Program-made: the position numbers and the translations under genes
DNA from: Anolis carolinensis
Taxonomy: Eukaryota
Length of the DNA: 64,000 bases
Assembly (NCBI RefSeq): GCF_035594765.1
Contig: NC_085845.1
Location: forward strand, 25,538,024-25,602,023
Direction: 5' to 3'
Shown here: piece after piece, positions 51,710-63,908 of the stretch
Layout: each line of letters opens with the position of its first letter
How positions within the stretch are numbered: position 1 is the stretch's first letter
The notes under the pieces: generated by a model
The model's database searches: none
The model's input: only the letters and a program-made list of their open reading frames with translations
Told to the model about the DNA's origin: nothing

Positions 51710-52088
51710 ATTCTGCTCTATCTCCCCAAGGGGACTCAGAGCAGATTATAGGTACATATATGGCAAACATTCAATGCCGTTATACAATTGACAGAGATAG
51801 ACAGCACATAAACAGAGGCAAGGCTTCCCTCTTTTCATCTCCAGCATCCAGCTGTGCTTGACTCGGCCATAGAGAGGTGCTGTTGTTTCATTTTCCACAC
51901 TGAGAAGCCTGTCGTCCATGGACACCTTTCCTGGTCAGATTTTTGCTGCCATGTTTTCAGGGCACCTTTTACCTCCCCACCAAAGCAGTAACTATTTATC
52001 TACTCACACAGTTGTTTTCAAACTGCTAGACAAGCAAAAGCTGGGCTGACGGCGGGAGCTCACCCCAACCTGACCTGAGCTGAACTGT
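51710..52088 (-). mobile_element. L2-tailed tRNA SINE, older copy
   Basis: Tail ctctatctccccaaggggactcagagcagattata; body colinear with 44256. Confidence 0.75.
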
Positions 52089-53040
52089 TTCCACCTGGTT
52101 CACCCTGTATAAGGGGCTAGAAGTCCCTGGCTGTCCACATTTGACTTCTTGTCCACTTTGGGCTATAGGGCCGTTACAGACCAGCCTTCTGATGTTGCCT
52201 AATGAATTTAGCAACTGCAAAACATGCAAGTGTAGAAATGTAAGGGAGAGAAATTTTCATTGCATGCAGCACAATATTATATGAAGTGGAGGGATGGGAA
52301 CGAAAGGACCTATAGGGCTACACTCTGGGATTACCTAGCAGCACCGCTGGGTAGAGCTCTTTTCTTCTGCCACTTTTCTGGGTATGTCATATTAGGCACT
52401 TTCACGTAGAGCAGGCACAATGCGTACATCCACTGTGCCTGGTTGCTTGGCAACAGCATAGAAATTCATGGTATTTAATGCGTAGATGTGTATATTTACA
52501 ACACAAGCTGTGTGGCTTTGGGAATATGTGTGGGGAACAACTCAACTGACAATGATGTATAGGCCAAGCCCAGACAAGAGGAAAACAGAGTAATGGGGCT
52601 GATAAATGAGGAACGTCTAGTCTGTAAGAGAGGACATGGATTCTGGTTCAAAAAGCGCGGGGAGTGTGTGTGTAAATATCAGGAGTGTGAATCTCTTTCT
52701 TTCCATTTTGACTTTGATTGAGTTCCATCCACATTTGCTCATTTTGCATTAGATTTTAAAATGCTGTATATTCTTCACACACTGAATATCCACATTTTTC
52801 ATAATGTGTGCATTCTCGTTTTGCCTAGATCCAGTTAGCACATTGCTAGAATGTCAGGCTCATAAAAATACTAAGATGTCAGTTTGACACATAATAAGAA
52901 AAGTTAACTCCAGAAAGTTCACAAAATGTATGTTTCAGTATTCTCCTCTAAAGCTTCTCTTGAACAATGTGAATAAGGAATGGGAAATACTCAAGAAAAA
53001 GGGGACAGATTTTCTTTCCATGGTCCTATAGTTAACAAAT

Positions 53041-53367
53041 GGAGCCCCGGTGGCAAAGTGCGTTAAAGCGCTGAGCTACTGAACTTTCAGACCGAAAGGT
53101 CCCAGGTTCAAATCCCGGGAGCGGCTTGAGCGCCCGCTGTTAGCTCCAGCTCCTGCCAACCTAGCAGTTCGAAAACATGCAAATGTGAGTAGATCAATAG
53201 GTACCGCTCCGGCGGGAAAGTAACGGTGCTCCATGCAGTCATGCCGGCCACATGACCTTGGCGGTGTCTACGGACAACGCCGGCTCTTCGGCTTAGAAAT
53301 GGAGATGAGCACCAACCCCCAGAGTCAGACATGACTGGACTTAATGTCAGGGGAAACCTTTACCTTT
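53041..53367 (+). mobile_element. Sauria SINE, full length and young (CpG-rich)
   Basis: Intact A/B boxes, (accttt)n tail, 12-bp TSD tatagttaacaa. Confidence 0.96.
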
Positions 53368-55074
53368 TATAGTTAACAAGCCTCAAGATTCAAAGACGAT
53401 TTAGGGTGATCTGCACTCTCTCTCCCTTCCATTTTATGTTGTTGGGAAGCACTCCTGAACTCTCAGAGTGACTTTTTGGGGAGGGCCAGAAGACAAAAAG
53501 GAAACTTATATTATGTAATGTTCCTTAAGTTAACTTATCTTAGATTTATCTTAGAAAATATAGCAGCAGTGACACCCCTGGCTGACATTAAGCAGATCTT
53601 AGTGATGATATCATAATTTTGCCTCTGATAACAGAGACATAGCCAGATGCTTCTCCAATCCTGCCTGCTCTACGAGACATTATAGCATGTTGTGGGGAGC
53701 TGTGGAGGCCGTAGAGAAAAAAAGAGAAGACCAATGTCTGCAGCACACCATAATGGACATCCACACAAGGAATACTTATATATTTGTATGTACCTAACAT
53801 AATTCCAATCACTGCCAACCTCATCAGATGGAGGAAAATTCAATGGCATACTCCATTTCAACACTCCTTTAAGCACGGAGCCTGTCAGCTCCCATTACAT
53901 GACATATTACTGTTCTGGTGGGGATCTAAGCTTAAAGAGGTGTCAAAGTGAAGCATGCCACCATGGCAAAAACATGGGAGGCTTCCCATGTTACCTTGGA
54001 TCAATGGGGGGGGGAGGCATAAGGTTGATGCTTCCCCCTATGGGATCGCCCCACCAGTAAGCCAGATGATGTGGGGTGTGGGGCGACAGGTTCTCCATGC
54101 CTCCCAGCGGCAGTCACCAGATTCACCACGATATGTGGCAATTCTGGCAGCCAGTGTAAAGAGGTCCTGAGTCTCTTTGTTCACATGCATATATGTAAAA
54201 TAGTAATTTTTCACAGAATCATTTTTGTGCAAACTATCAAAAGATTAACAACAAAGTGCTCCTTGGTGTATTCACAAGTTTGGAAGTGAGAACTTGCATG
54301 AAGTCATGTGGTCATCTTTTTACTGACAGCTTAAATTTTTGTGAATATTCACCGTGCTAATTTCAGACTATTCTTCTGTAACTTCTACAATATGCGGGAG
54401 GCTCAGATTATGCTAGCCGGGATGGAAAAAACATTGTCTGGAAGATGACATAGTGTAATCTCACTCCTCCTCTGCCATATAAACACAACACACATTTTGA
54501 GGTAGGAAACCTAGGTTTGCTTTCATCTGCTCCTTTAAAAAGCATGTTCCTGTTTCTCTGAGTTAAGAAAGACAAATAATGTGTTACCTTCATTTATTGA
54601 AAATTGCCAAACTCATCTCAGTCACTAGCAGGCAGTCAACTGCAAAAAGGTCAGGGAACCACTCATCATGATTGTACTGTGTTATATAAAAATAATTGTT
54701 CATTTTGTCTTTTCCTGCAACGGGAGAGCTCATTTATTCTCTGTGCTCATGACCCTGCCTACCACATCTATCATTCGTCAGAACAGTGAAGGGAAAATGC
54801 TTAGAACTGTCTTAGCATTGCTATTGTATAACACACATATCAAAATGGGAACTATGTATGATGTTCTTCTCTCTTCTCTCCTTGGAAGTTAGCCACAGAG
54901 CTTTATTTTGACATTATTTTCATGAGGCTGTCAAAGAATAATTACATTTAAATATTTCTAACATTCTTCCTTACATGTTGCAGAATGTATCATTGCAACA
55001 TTACAAAATCCAAAATAGCATTTAGAAGTTGTGAGAAAGTTGAACACTAATACTTCCCCACCATCTGTCACCAC

Positions 55075-55340
55075 ATGCCCTCCAACTGTCCCAGTTTGGC
55101 AAGAACAGTCCTGATTAAACTTCTATCATCCCAATTTCCCAGCTGCTTTTAAAATGTCCCACTTTCTCTCTCCTCCTCCCACTTTCCCCCTTTATCCTCA
55201 GCTTCCTTCAGGTGCTGTAAACTGAGCTCAAATTGGAAAATTAGTTTGCACTCAATTAACCTATCAGGGATGAAGAGAGGGAGGCAGAATCTTGTCCTAC
55301 CCAGTCAGCTCAGGCAAAAGCAAACCGATGTAGCCCCTCC
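55075..55340. mobile_element. Old hAT-like element remnant
   Basis: ccctccaactgtcccagtttggcaagaacagtcc terminus-like sequence. Confidence 0.4.
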
Positions 55341-55811
55341 AAGCTTATCTGTTCTTCCTTATTAATAATGTTTGCTATCTTGACCATGGTGTGATGGTAT
55401 GTGGCCTCATGTGTCCTAATTTTCATTGGTGAGATGTTGGGGCATGCCATTATTAGCTGATGGTATGATGTCAGGAAAAGGGGATTTAAGACACAAGGAA
55501 AATACAAGGTGAGATCTATGGGATATTGAATTGGACACATGGTAGACAAAACAATAACTGTCATTTCCCATCTGGCCTTTAAACAAGCAAACAAAACTGA
55601 TGTATTTGTGATGTTCAACCTGATTGTGCAAAGGCAATAAATGTTTAGCAACAAATCATGACTCATTAAATATCCTGATGGATTTCCACCTACGCTATGA
55701 AAAGATTATCACAAAAGTGTATTACTGAAGAGAGATGTGTAATCTGCTCAAGACAGTATGTATCCACTATCAATGATAACACAACTGTAATGAAATGGGT
55801 TCACATGATAA

Positions 55812-55955
55812 GGTCCTAAGAGTGGTGGAATCTCTTTCTGGATTATCCACAGCTAACTCTTGGGATAATTAGCTGGAGTTTCTGCACTGGAGTGTGGGTC
55901 AGACTCAGTAGCCTATGGGGCCACTTCCAACTCTATAATTTTGTAATACTGTAAT
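55812..55955 (+). mobile_element. Old CR1 3' end
   Basis: gagtggtggaatctc...cttccaactctataattttgtaat tail. Confidence 0.55.
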
Positions 55956-57134
55956 GGACTTCCATCTGAACAGACAAATTATAGAAGATTGCACCGTTAG
56001 CTTTCTTCAGAGAGTTACAGAGAGAACATTTCCTAAGGTGGGGAGAAATAATGACAACAATCAGCTCAAGGTTGTAGCGCTGATTGTTTATTAAAAATGG
56101 TTCTTGGCAGTCTTATATGAATTGCTTAATGCTTCATCTGCTGGGTTGGTACTTGTCAGCAGGATGGATCCCCAAAGAATCTCCTAACCTACTTATTGTT
56201 TACTGTAGACAGCTGTCTCTTCGCAAGAAACTTCCCCATGTGTTCAGCTTTTGGGAATCCGGGCCCATTTACATTGCTGAAGAGTTGTGCCTTGTTTTAA
56301 TTAGACACAGAAACACTACCTTAGGAGGCTTCATTGCCTTCAGCTCAATAGCTAGAAGGAATTAGTTGTCAGAGAAATGTGTTTAAAGCTGCTACATGAT
56401 GACAAGATAACAGAACCCTGTTTAAAAGTTTGTTACCAAGCACAGTTTTTAATTGCATAATCCTTGCTATTATTATTAGTCGCCTTGCTAAAGAACACAA
56501 GTAATAGCCATAAAAATAGACTCTTTTTACCATATTTACTTGATGAAATGCCTCATTCCTTTGTGGAAGTATGGGGAAGTACATCATCCAGAAATTGTCA
56601 TGGCTTTAAGAACACCATTTTTGCCCAAGGTGCATACGGTCCCAGATTCATATAGACCAGAGTGTGGATATGGTGTTCATTCTATTGCAAAAACACTAGT
56701 CAAACAACAGTTTGTACAGAGACTACTAAATAATTGTTGGGCATGTATCCATTCTAATTTGCAAGTAAGCGTTACATAGTTAAAGTTACTTTAAAAAATC
56801 CTGAGGAAACATGTCTCCAGAATAAACCAGGATAAAAGAAAGATTGCTGTGGATTTTTCCAGCTGAATTCATCATATGCTTGTGTGTACTTTTGTCTGTG
56901 TATTACTCTGATTATTTTCAATTTCATTTTTAATTATTTATCCTTGAATTTATCATGGACATCCTACTTATAATGCACCTACAGTGTTAATGCAGTTTGA
57001 AATCACTTCACTGCCATGCATCAATACTATGAATCATGGGAACTGCAGTTTTACAAGATCTTTAGTCTTCTCTGCCAAAGACTGCACTAAACTACAACTC
57101 CTAGGACTACATATCACTCTTCAATTAACACTTA

Positions 57135-57526
57135 CTGTATATACTGTATAAGCCTAGTTTTTCAGCCCTTTTTTAGGGCTGAAAAAGCTCCCCTCGGCTT
57201 ATACTCAAGTGAGGGTCCTGGCCGGCTTCTATTCAGGTCGGCTTATACTTGAGTATATAGGTATTCAGAGTTGGACAGTCTTATCTTATTAAATTTTTAT
57301 TATTATCTTAAATTACAGTTTTATATAAATATTCAAAAACATTTAACCTACTGATGCCTCAAATAATGCAATTTTATTAATATTTATTTTATTTTTGAAA
57401 TTGACCCGTAGCTGCTGGTTTTCCCACCCTCGTCTTATACTCGAGTCAGTACGTTTTCCCAGTTTTTGTGGTAAAATTAGGTGCCTCGGCTTATATTCGG
57501 GTCGGCTTATACTCGAGTATATATTG
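57135..57526 (-). mobile_element. Tc1/mariner (Tc2-like) MITE, complete
   Basis: TA TSD, termini related to CCGTATATACTCGAGTATAAG; sister of 30427. Confidence 0.85.
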
Positions 57527-59058
57527 TATTTATAAAAGTATTACTAATATAATCTCCTGGTCCAATCCTTCCAAATGCATCTTAACATCCAACAGCTGCT
57601 ACAAGTGATAAGTATCTGTTCTATTGGTGATCAGAGCATGACAAGATGATCTTTCTAGCTGCATCCCACCAGAAATCTGTGGTGCAAATAAGGAATTGTG
57701 ATGGGCTCTTACTTCTGATATTGATAACCCGGCCTGTTGGTTTGAGAGGGCTGGAAACAACATCCTGCTGCACCCCAATAGCCAGCACAGCAGATCCCTG
57801 TTCACCGCAGCTTCCTTTTGTTTAAGTTTAGGATTCAGAAGGCATTTCTGATTATGAGAATACTGCTAGTATCATGAGTACATAGTAAAATATGATCCTC
57901 ATCAGAAGGACCAGTATTCCACATTTCATTTATCCATGTTTAACAAAATATGTCATTTCTAGGCATTTTCTAGGTCTTTCAGCATGGCTCTCATAGTATT
58001 CTTGGACAAGATGTCTTTCATTTCAATAAAGTGTGCTATTTTGTATAGCCATTCAAAATTCAGGAACTTATCCCCGTAGATATGAGGATGTCATAATGTA
58101 ATACTGAATATAGTAGGTTACAAATCTGTAACTATAGTACAGGACAATAGCGCATACCTTGTCTTTCTATCTGTGACATTCTGAGAGTTGTAGTGTGAAG
58201 CACTAATTTCACAAAGTTGATCCCACTCAAAATAATGGTCTAACATAGAACAGAGGCAAAAGAAGACAACACTATTATCCTTCTCTTCTCCTGTATTTTT
58301 GCGCACATGGGAAAGCATTGTGTTCATGTCAGTTCTCCTGTGGAACAACTCAGAAATATAATGGAAAGCAAAACCCATCTTCCAAGGCCAGCCTGAATAG
58401 AAAGGTCTTACATGGTATCAAAAAGATGGCTCGGCTTTAACGAATTTCCATGAAAATGAGAGTGCCAGCATAAGCTACTTAAATTCTGGCCTTGAAAATG
58501 TTTCTGAAATCCAAATGCCAGTGACTACATAATGTACTACCTTGTTAAAAAGATACCCTTCCCCTTACAAAACCCTCCGTAGAGTTCTAAAAATGATGTA
58601 ATTGGTACTTGAACTGACAACTGCACAGATTTAAATCAAACACCAAAAATGCAATGTAAATACAAAGAAAAAAAAAAGCAATTTGGCATTGTGGCTCTGT
58701 CCCACTGGATAATAAATACCAGCCGGTGATGCCATAGAAACAGAACAGAGAAGGATAGAATTATTGTTGACTCAATATCCATGAGATTTGTAATTGTAGT
58801 GCTTCTATCCTTTAGAAATTAAAAAAGACGTGATAGCAAGATATCACCACTTTGTTTTTTCCTGCTGTTTCTCCTTTATAGTAATCTTGGCTTTAGAAAT
58901 TGTGTTACTGCTACCTTTTTTTTTCTTTTCTTTTTTTTGACATCTGCAGTTGAAAGTAGTGAGACTGGGAGCAAAGGAGTGGAGCCTCGAGAAGGGAGAT
59001 CTGTCTTAAGTACAATTCCTCCTGTCTCCTCAAGAGTAGTGGATTGGAAAGTCAAGTA

Positions 59059-59366
59059 CAGTAGAGTCTCACTTATCCAACATAAACGGGCCGGCAGAAC
59101 ATTGGATAAGCGAATATGTTGGATAATAAGGAGGGATTAAGGAAAATCCTATTACACATCAAATTAAGTTATGATTTTACAAATTAAGCACCAAAACATC
59201 ATGTTTAACAACAAATTTGACAGAAAAAGTAGTTCAATATGCAGTAATGCTATGTAGTAATTGCTGTATTTACGAATTTAGCACCAAAATATCACGATGT
59301 ATTGAAAACATTGACTACAAAAATGCGTTGGATAATCCAGAAAGTTGGATAAGTGAGACTCTACTC
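59059..59366 (+). mobile_element. Tigger-like MITE (family of 35-320)
   Basis: TIRs and TA TSD. Confidence 0.92.
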
Positions 59367-59924
59367 TATCCCCAAAGTAGTGTCTTGTTTAAGAACAGTG
59401 TCTCAGGTTTACTCAAGAGTAGCAAATTGGAGGAGAAAGTCAAGTATCCCCAACTTTTTTTCAGATTTTTTTAATGAAGTGGGCAGAAACTGCACTTGCT
59501 CCTGTGATAAATCTGAAAATGGATTATTTGGAGAGAAAATGAAAGAAAGAACAGCATGTGATGGTATCTGAGAAATGATATGATTGGCTTTCTAACACAA
59601 CAGGACATAACACCACAGTAATATGATGCCCCCCCCTTCATGGGATGAGGTCCTTAGATGTATCTTTAAGGGTGAGATATCTATAACATGGTAGATCCAT
59701 GTCTGGTAGAGCAATCCGATGATGCAAAATATTAACAGATCACAGTGGAAAAAAAGAACTGCACAATACCTATTTTGCTTCACTCCCCCACCCCCCAAAA
59801 AGTGTGGGCTGTGTGCTTTCATCCATCAGGAAAGACACCTTGGTAAGGAAACCAGGTTGCAAATCAAAATTGCCAATGAGTTAGTAATTACCTAGTTAAC
59901 CTAAATAAATTTATATCTGCAAGG

Positions 59925-61075
59925 AATTTCATCCCAGGATACAGAAGTAGTAGTTACAGAACCACTTAGCACTACTTTTTAGAAATCTTAGAAAATGGTT
60001 GAGGTGCCAGAAGATAGGCAAAGATTGTTCACCTCTTCAAAAAGGGCAAAACAGAATATCAAGGAAACTATAGGTCAGTCAGCCTGGCCTTAATGCCAGG
60101 AAAAATAGTAGAATGAATTATACAGGAGTTCATCTGCAAATATCTTATTTACAATGCAATGATTAGAAAGAATCAGCATGGCTTTGTCAAGAACAAATTC
60201 TGCCAAAAAAATCTTAGATCTTTTTTTGACCAGGTCACTAGTTTAGTAGATGGCAGAAAGGTTGTGGACATAATTTATCTGGGTTTCAGCAAAGCATTTG
60301 ATAAGATTCTGCATGACTTTTATTTAGTAATCTGACTACGGAACAGAAACACCATTAGATGGATACATAACTGGTTGGAAACCTGAGCTGAAAAAGTCAC
60401 CATTAGTTGCTGAGCTTCCAAGTGGAAGGAAGTTTATTTCTTTTATTTACAGTATTTATATTCCGCCCTTCTCACCCCGAAGGGGACTCATGGCGGATTA
60501 CAATGAACACATATATGGCAAACATTCGATGCCAACAGACAAACAACATATATATACAGACACAGAGGCATTTAACTTTTTTTTTCCAGCTTCACGATTC
60601 CGGCCACAGGGGGAGCTGTTGCTTCACTGTCCACTAGTGGCTGTACTTCCTCATTCCTTTCCTCGTGTTTTGCTGGCAGTTTTTATGATGTTGTAAATTA
60701 ATTAAATTAGCCTCCCGCATAAAGCGTACCTAAATTTCCCTACTTGACAGATGCAACTATCTTTCGGTACTGCATAGGTCAACAGCAAGCTGGGCTATTT
60801 AATGGTCGGGGGCTTAACCCGACCTGGGCTTCGAACTCATGACCTCTCGGTCAGCAGTGATTTATTGCAGCTGGTTACTAGCCTGCTGCGCCACAGCCCG
60901 GCAAGTGGAATATCAAAGGGTTCTGTCCTTGGGGCAATACTCTACTTTTATCAATGATTCTGATGAAGTCAGGGGGAAGGAATTCTTATCAGATTTACAG
61001 ATAATACAAAACTGGGAGTGATATCTAACATATTGAATTATAGAAACAGAATTCAAAAGAAAATTGGGCTGAAGT
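59925..61075 (+). mobile_element. CR1 LINE RT-region remnant, interrupted by a SINE
   Basis: Degenerate FKKGK...GNYRSVSL...PGKIVE, QHGFVKNKFC, VDIIYLGFSKAFDK motifs. Confidence 0.88.
60433..60900 (-). mobile_element. L2-tailed tRNA SINE (Anolis SINE2-type), full length
   Basis: Head gggctgtggcgcagc...gagttcgaagccc; L2-like tail; TSD caagtggaa. Confidence 0.9.
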
Positions 61076-61577
61076 TAGTAAAATGTCCTACAGACCTGGT
61101 GGCCAAGATGGGAATCTAAGGGCACCTGTATAGTGAGAAGGTTCTAGGACCAGTAGTGGGAAGGGAAAGAGCTTTTGGGAATAGTTTTAAATATATTATT
61201 TTGGGAATTAGAAAGCTTTACTGGCGTATTTGGCTTAAAATTATCTTGATAGCGCAAGATATGCTAGACATTAAGAAGTTATTAAATATGGAAGACTGGC
61301 ATGGTATGGCTAAGGAGGATTTGTGGAGAACTGCATTCCACATCATCTTGAGTAGCTCTGTGACTGATTAACAATATATTTATAATGTTTATCTAATTTT
61401 TGCATCCCACCTCTTTCTTCTACATTAATGTTTATTATTATCATTATATTTAAGATGGATGTGAGTATACTAATAATTTACATAGAAATAAAAAATGGAT
61501 AAGATCATGGCATGGCTCAGACCTGTGACATCCAATTGCGCTGTTATTAATGTTTCTTAATATGTATATCTCTTCAG

Positions 61578-61686
61578 ATAAATGAAGACAAGAAGGAAAA
61601 AGATAGTCCAGAGGAAGAAGTGAAGGATGAAGATGACACCTATGTGATGATGATGATAAAATCAAAATCTCAATGTAACGAATTTA
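61578..61686 (+). CDS. BANK1: Internal coding exon, putative BANK1 exon 8 (INEDKKEKDSPEEEVKDEDDTYVMMMIKSKSQCNEF, phase 0 to 1)
   Basis: Acceptor tatatctcttcag|ATA and donor TTA|gtaagt; 109 nt, open in frame 0, purine-rich, encoding an acidic peptide. It splices in frame to 63544. The initial Ile, acidic run, TY[V/I] and phases match my recollection of human BANK1 exon 8 (IQEIDINNEQENDYEEDIASFSTYIP). Confidence 0.72.
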
Positions 61687-62246
61687 GTAAGTTTCTAGTA
61701 CAGAAATTTATAATATTCTAAAATGTCTAATCAGATTCTCTCTTGGTAAGAAAATAATCATTTTTATCAATATGACAACAGAAAACCCTTTAAATTTGCT
61801 ACCTGTTTTTAATTATCATGATGATTTAACATGTTCCTTTTTGCTCCTAAAACATCTTCTGTTATGCATGAAGTTTTTGCTATATATATAGAAGTTTCAG
61901 AGTACACCTCAAAAACCCTAATTCTTTATTTGAGTCCAATTTGTTTGGGAAGGTATCTGTTGTAGGAAAATAAAGTTGAATTCAAAACAGGTGAATCCAT
62001 TAGTTCAGAGCAAAACTATCAATCGGTTATAATTGGAGTCAGTGGTTCTAGATTAGTACCCATTGGTGAACAAGATGGAGAAACAGTGAACTCCAGATGT
62101 TATTGGGATACAGTTGCCATCTTTTCTGACCATAGGCAATATTGCACTGGAGGGCCTACAAAACGCCTAGAGAGAATAGCTCTCTAACATTTCTAGGTCT
62201 TCCAGCATTACCTTATGGTCAATCTCCAGCAGAAGCATGCCATAGA

Positions 62247-62710
62247 TTTATTTATTTATTTATTTATTTATTTACAGTATTTAAATTCCGCCCTTCTCAC
62301 CCCGAAGGGGACTCAGGGCGGATCACATTATAACACACATAGGGCAAACATTCAATGCCCATAAACACATCAAACAGAGACTGAGAGACACACGCAGAGG
62401 CAAGTTAACGTTCTTCTGAGGGGATGTTCGATTCTGGCCACAGGGGGGAGCAGCTGCTTCATCATCCACACTGACGGCACTTCCTCATACCAGGTCGTAA
62501 ATTAGTTAATCTTGCCTCCCCACTTTTTATAAGTGGTACCTTATCTCCTACTTGATAGATGCAACTATCTTTCGGGTTGCTAGGTCAGCAACGAGCAGGG
62601 GCTATTTTTTATTTTTAATTGACGGGTGCTCACCCCGCCACGGGCTGGCCTCAAACTCATGACCTCATGGTCAGAGTGATTTAAGGCAGCTGCTCAACAG
62701 CTGCACCACA
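62247..62710 (-). mobile_element. L2-tailed tRNA SINE nested in a MITE remnant (about 62130-62816), within putative BANK1 intron 8
   Basis: Colinear with 60433; (TTTA)n tail. Confidence 0.88.
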
Positions 62711-62852
62711 GGAGGCGGAGCAGGAGGACCTAAAAGTGCCTCTAAGGAACATAATTTTTGGATGAGGGTAATTGAAATCAGAGATACTGGTCCTTTAAAT
62801 ACAGGGACCATACTATATTGATTTATAAATGTAGTTCAGATTTCCATTCCTT

Positions 62853-63062
62853 GTTCTTTGTTCCTCCAAGTAAATTCCAATTTGTAGTAACCCAATCATA
62901 TAGCTTTCTTGGCAAGATGTATTTGGAGGTGGTTTGCCATTGTCTTTCTTTGAATATAGCCTACAACACCTGATATTCCATAGCAATAACCCTTCCAAGT
63001 ACTAACTATGCCTGACCTTGCTTAGCTTCCAAAATTAGACAGGATCTGGTGTCTTCAAAGTG
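62853..63062 (-). mobile_element. 5S rRNA-derived SINE (5S-Sauria type)
   Basis: Minus strand ggaagctaagcaaggtcaggcatagttagtacttgga...caggtgttgtaggc matches the 5S rRNA internal region, followed by a SINE body. Confidence 0.8.
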
Positions 63063-63543
63063 TCTAGATAGTTTCTCCTCCTTATTCCAAGTTAAAAAAA
63101 GTGTCAAACAACCAGTAAGTGAGCCACAGTGTTTTAAGAATAAACGCTTACAAGCTGCATAATTTATGTCCTGCTCTGCTCATGCATAGGTGCTGTGCTG
63201 CATTCAAAGCTGGGCATTCAAAATAGGAAGGGGATTACGGATGCCTGGGGGGAAACAGCATTGCATTACCAGTCATTTGGAGAAAGTCTAATATTATCAC
63301 ACATATGGGCATGTTGTGTGTGGCAAAGATATAGAATCTAATGAAAGCCTCCACCGTCATTTAATAAATATTTTAGATGTTCCTCCACTGGAGTTATAGA
63401 TGTGACAGCTTTCCACTGTATTAGTTCATGAAAGTTTTATTAGCAGTGCTGCTGTTGCTCCTGTGAAAATCTGCAAAATATGAAATGCTTCCAGATGGTG
63501 TATTTTAAATGAAGTAATAATCTAGCTTCCCCAACATTAACAG

Positions 63544-63855
63544 GCACAAGAGAACACCCTGAAGCCTGTAGGAAAATCAAGAACAGAGGCATGGACAACG
63601 AGGCAGAGCAGGAAGAAGATGAAGGGGAAAGAGGAGTACAGAAAGAAGCACCAACACCAGCAGCAGAAGAAGAAGGAAATAAAGTTGAGGAAAAGCTTCA
63701 TTGCTTGGGTGGTAATGACGAGAAATATAACAGCATAATCAACACAGTCTCACAGATACATTACAGAGATTTTAACTACACTGACAGGCCACCATTACCA
63801 CCTCGAATTCAACCTATTACTACAAAACAGGATGAGTTCTCCTATTTGTCTCCAG
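63544..63855 (+). CDS. BANK1: Internal coding exon, putative BANK1 exon 9 (STREHPEACRK...RPPLPPRIQPITTKQDEFSYLSP-G, phase 1 to 1)
   Basis: Acceptor cttccccaacattaacag|GC and donor CCAG|gtatga; 312 nt, fully open, symmetric phase 1. It contains most of ORF 63591..63884. Similar to recalled human BANK1 exon 9 (ST..HHESRK...EMEGEG...RPPLPPPR...LP|G) in length, RPPLPP position and terminal P|G. Confidence 0.75.
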
Positions 63856-63908
63856 GTATGAACATATGGATGGAGCAGGAATAAATTACTCCCAAATGTA
63901 GAGATACA

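Larger units (their letters stand above)
1..61577 (+). other. BANK1: Long intron upstream of putative BANK1 exon 8 (intron 7, 5' end outside the window)
   Basis: I found no ankyrin-repeat exon 7 sequence in the window. The region is TE-rich with an antisense insertion bias. The equivalent human intron is very long (from memory). Confidence 0.55.

Noticed and set aside
53041-53120. tRNA gene
   Set aside because: A/B boxes belong to the tRNA-derived head of a Sauria SINE.
30889-53332. Recurrent SDSGGWCSSPFLSRRA... ORFs
   Set aside because: Antisense translations of Sauria SINE copies.
62957-63062. 5S rRNA gene
   Set aside because: Heavily diverged and fused to a SINE body; a 5S-derived SINE, not a functional rRNA.
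63591-63884. Stand-alone 97-aa single-exon gene
   Set aside because: The frame is open upstream to a splice acceptor, and a consensus donor precedes the stop; better explained as an internal exon.
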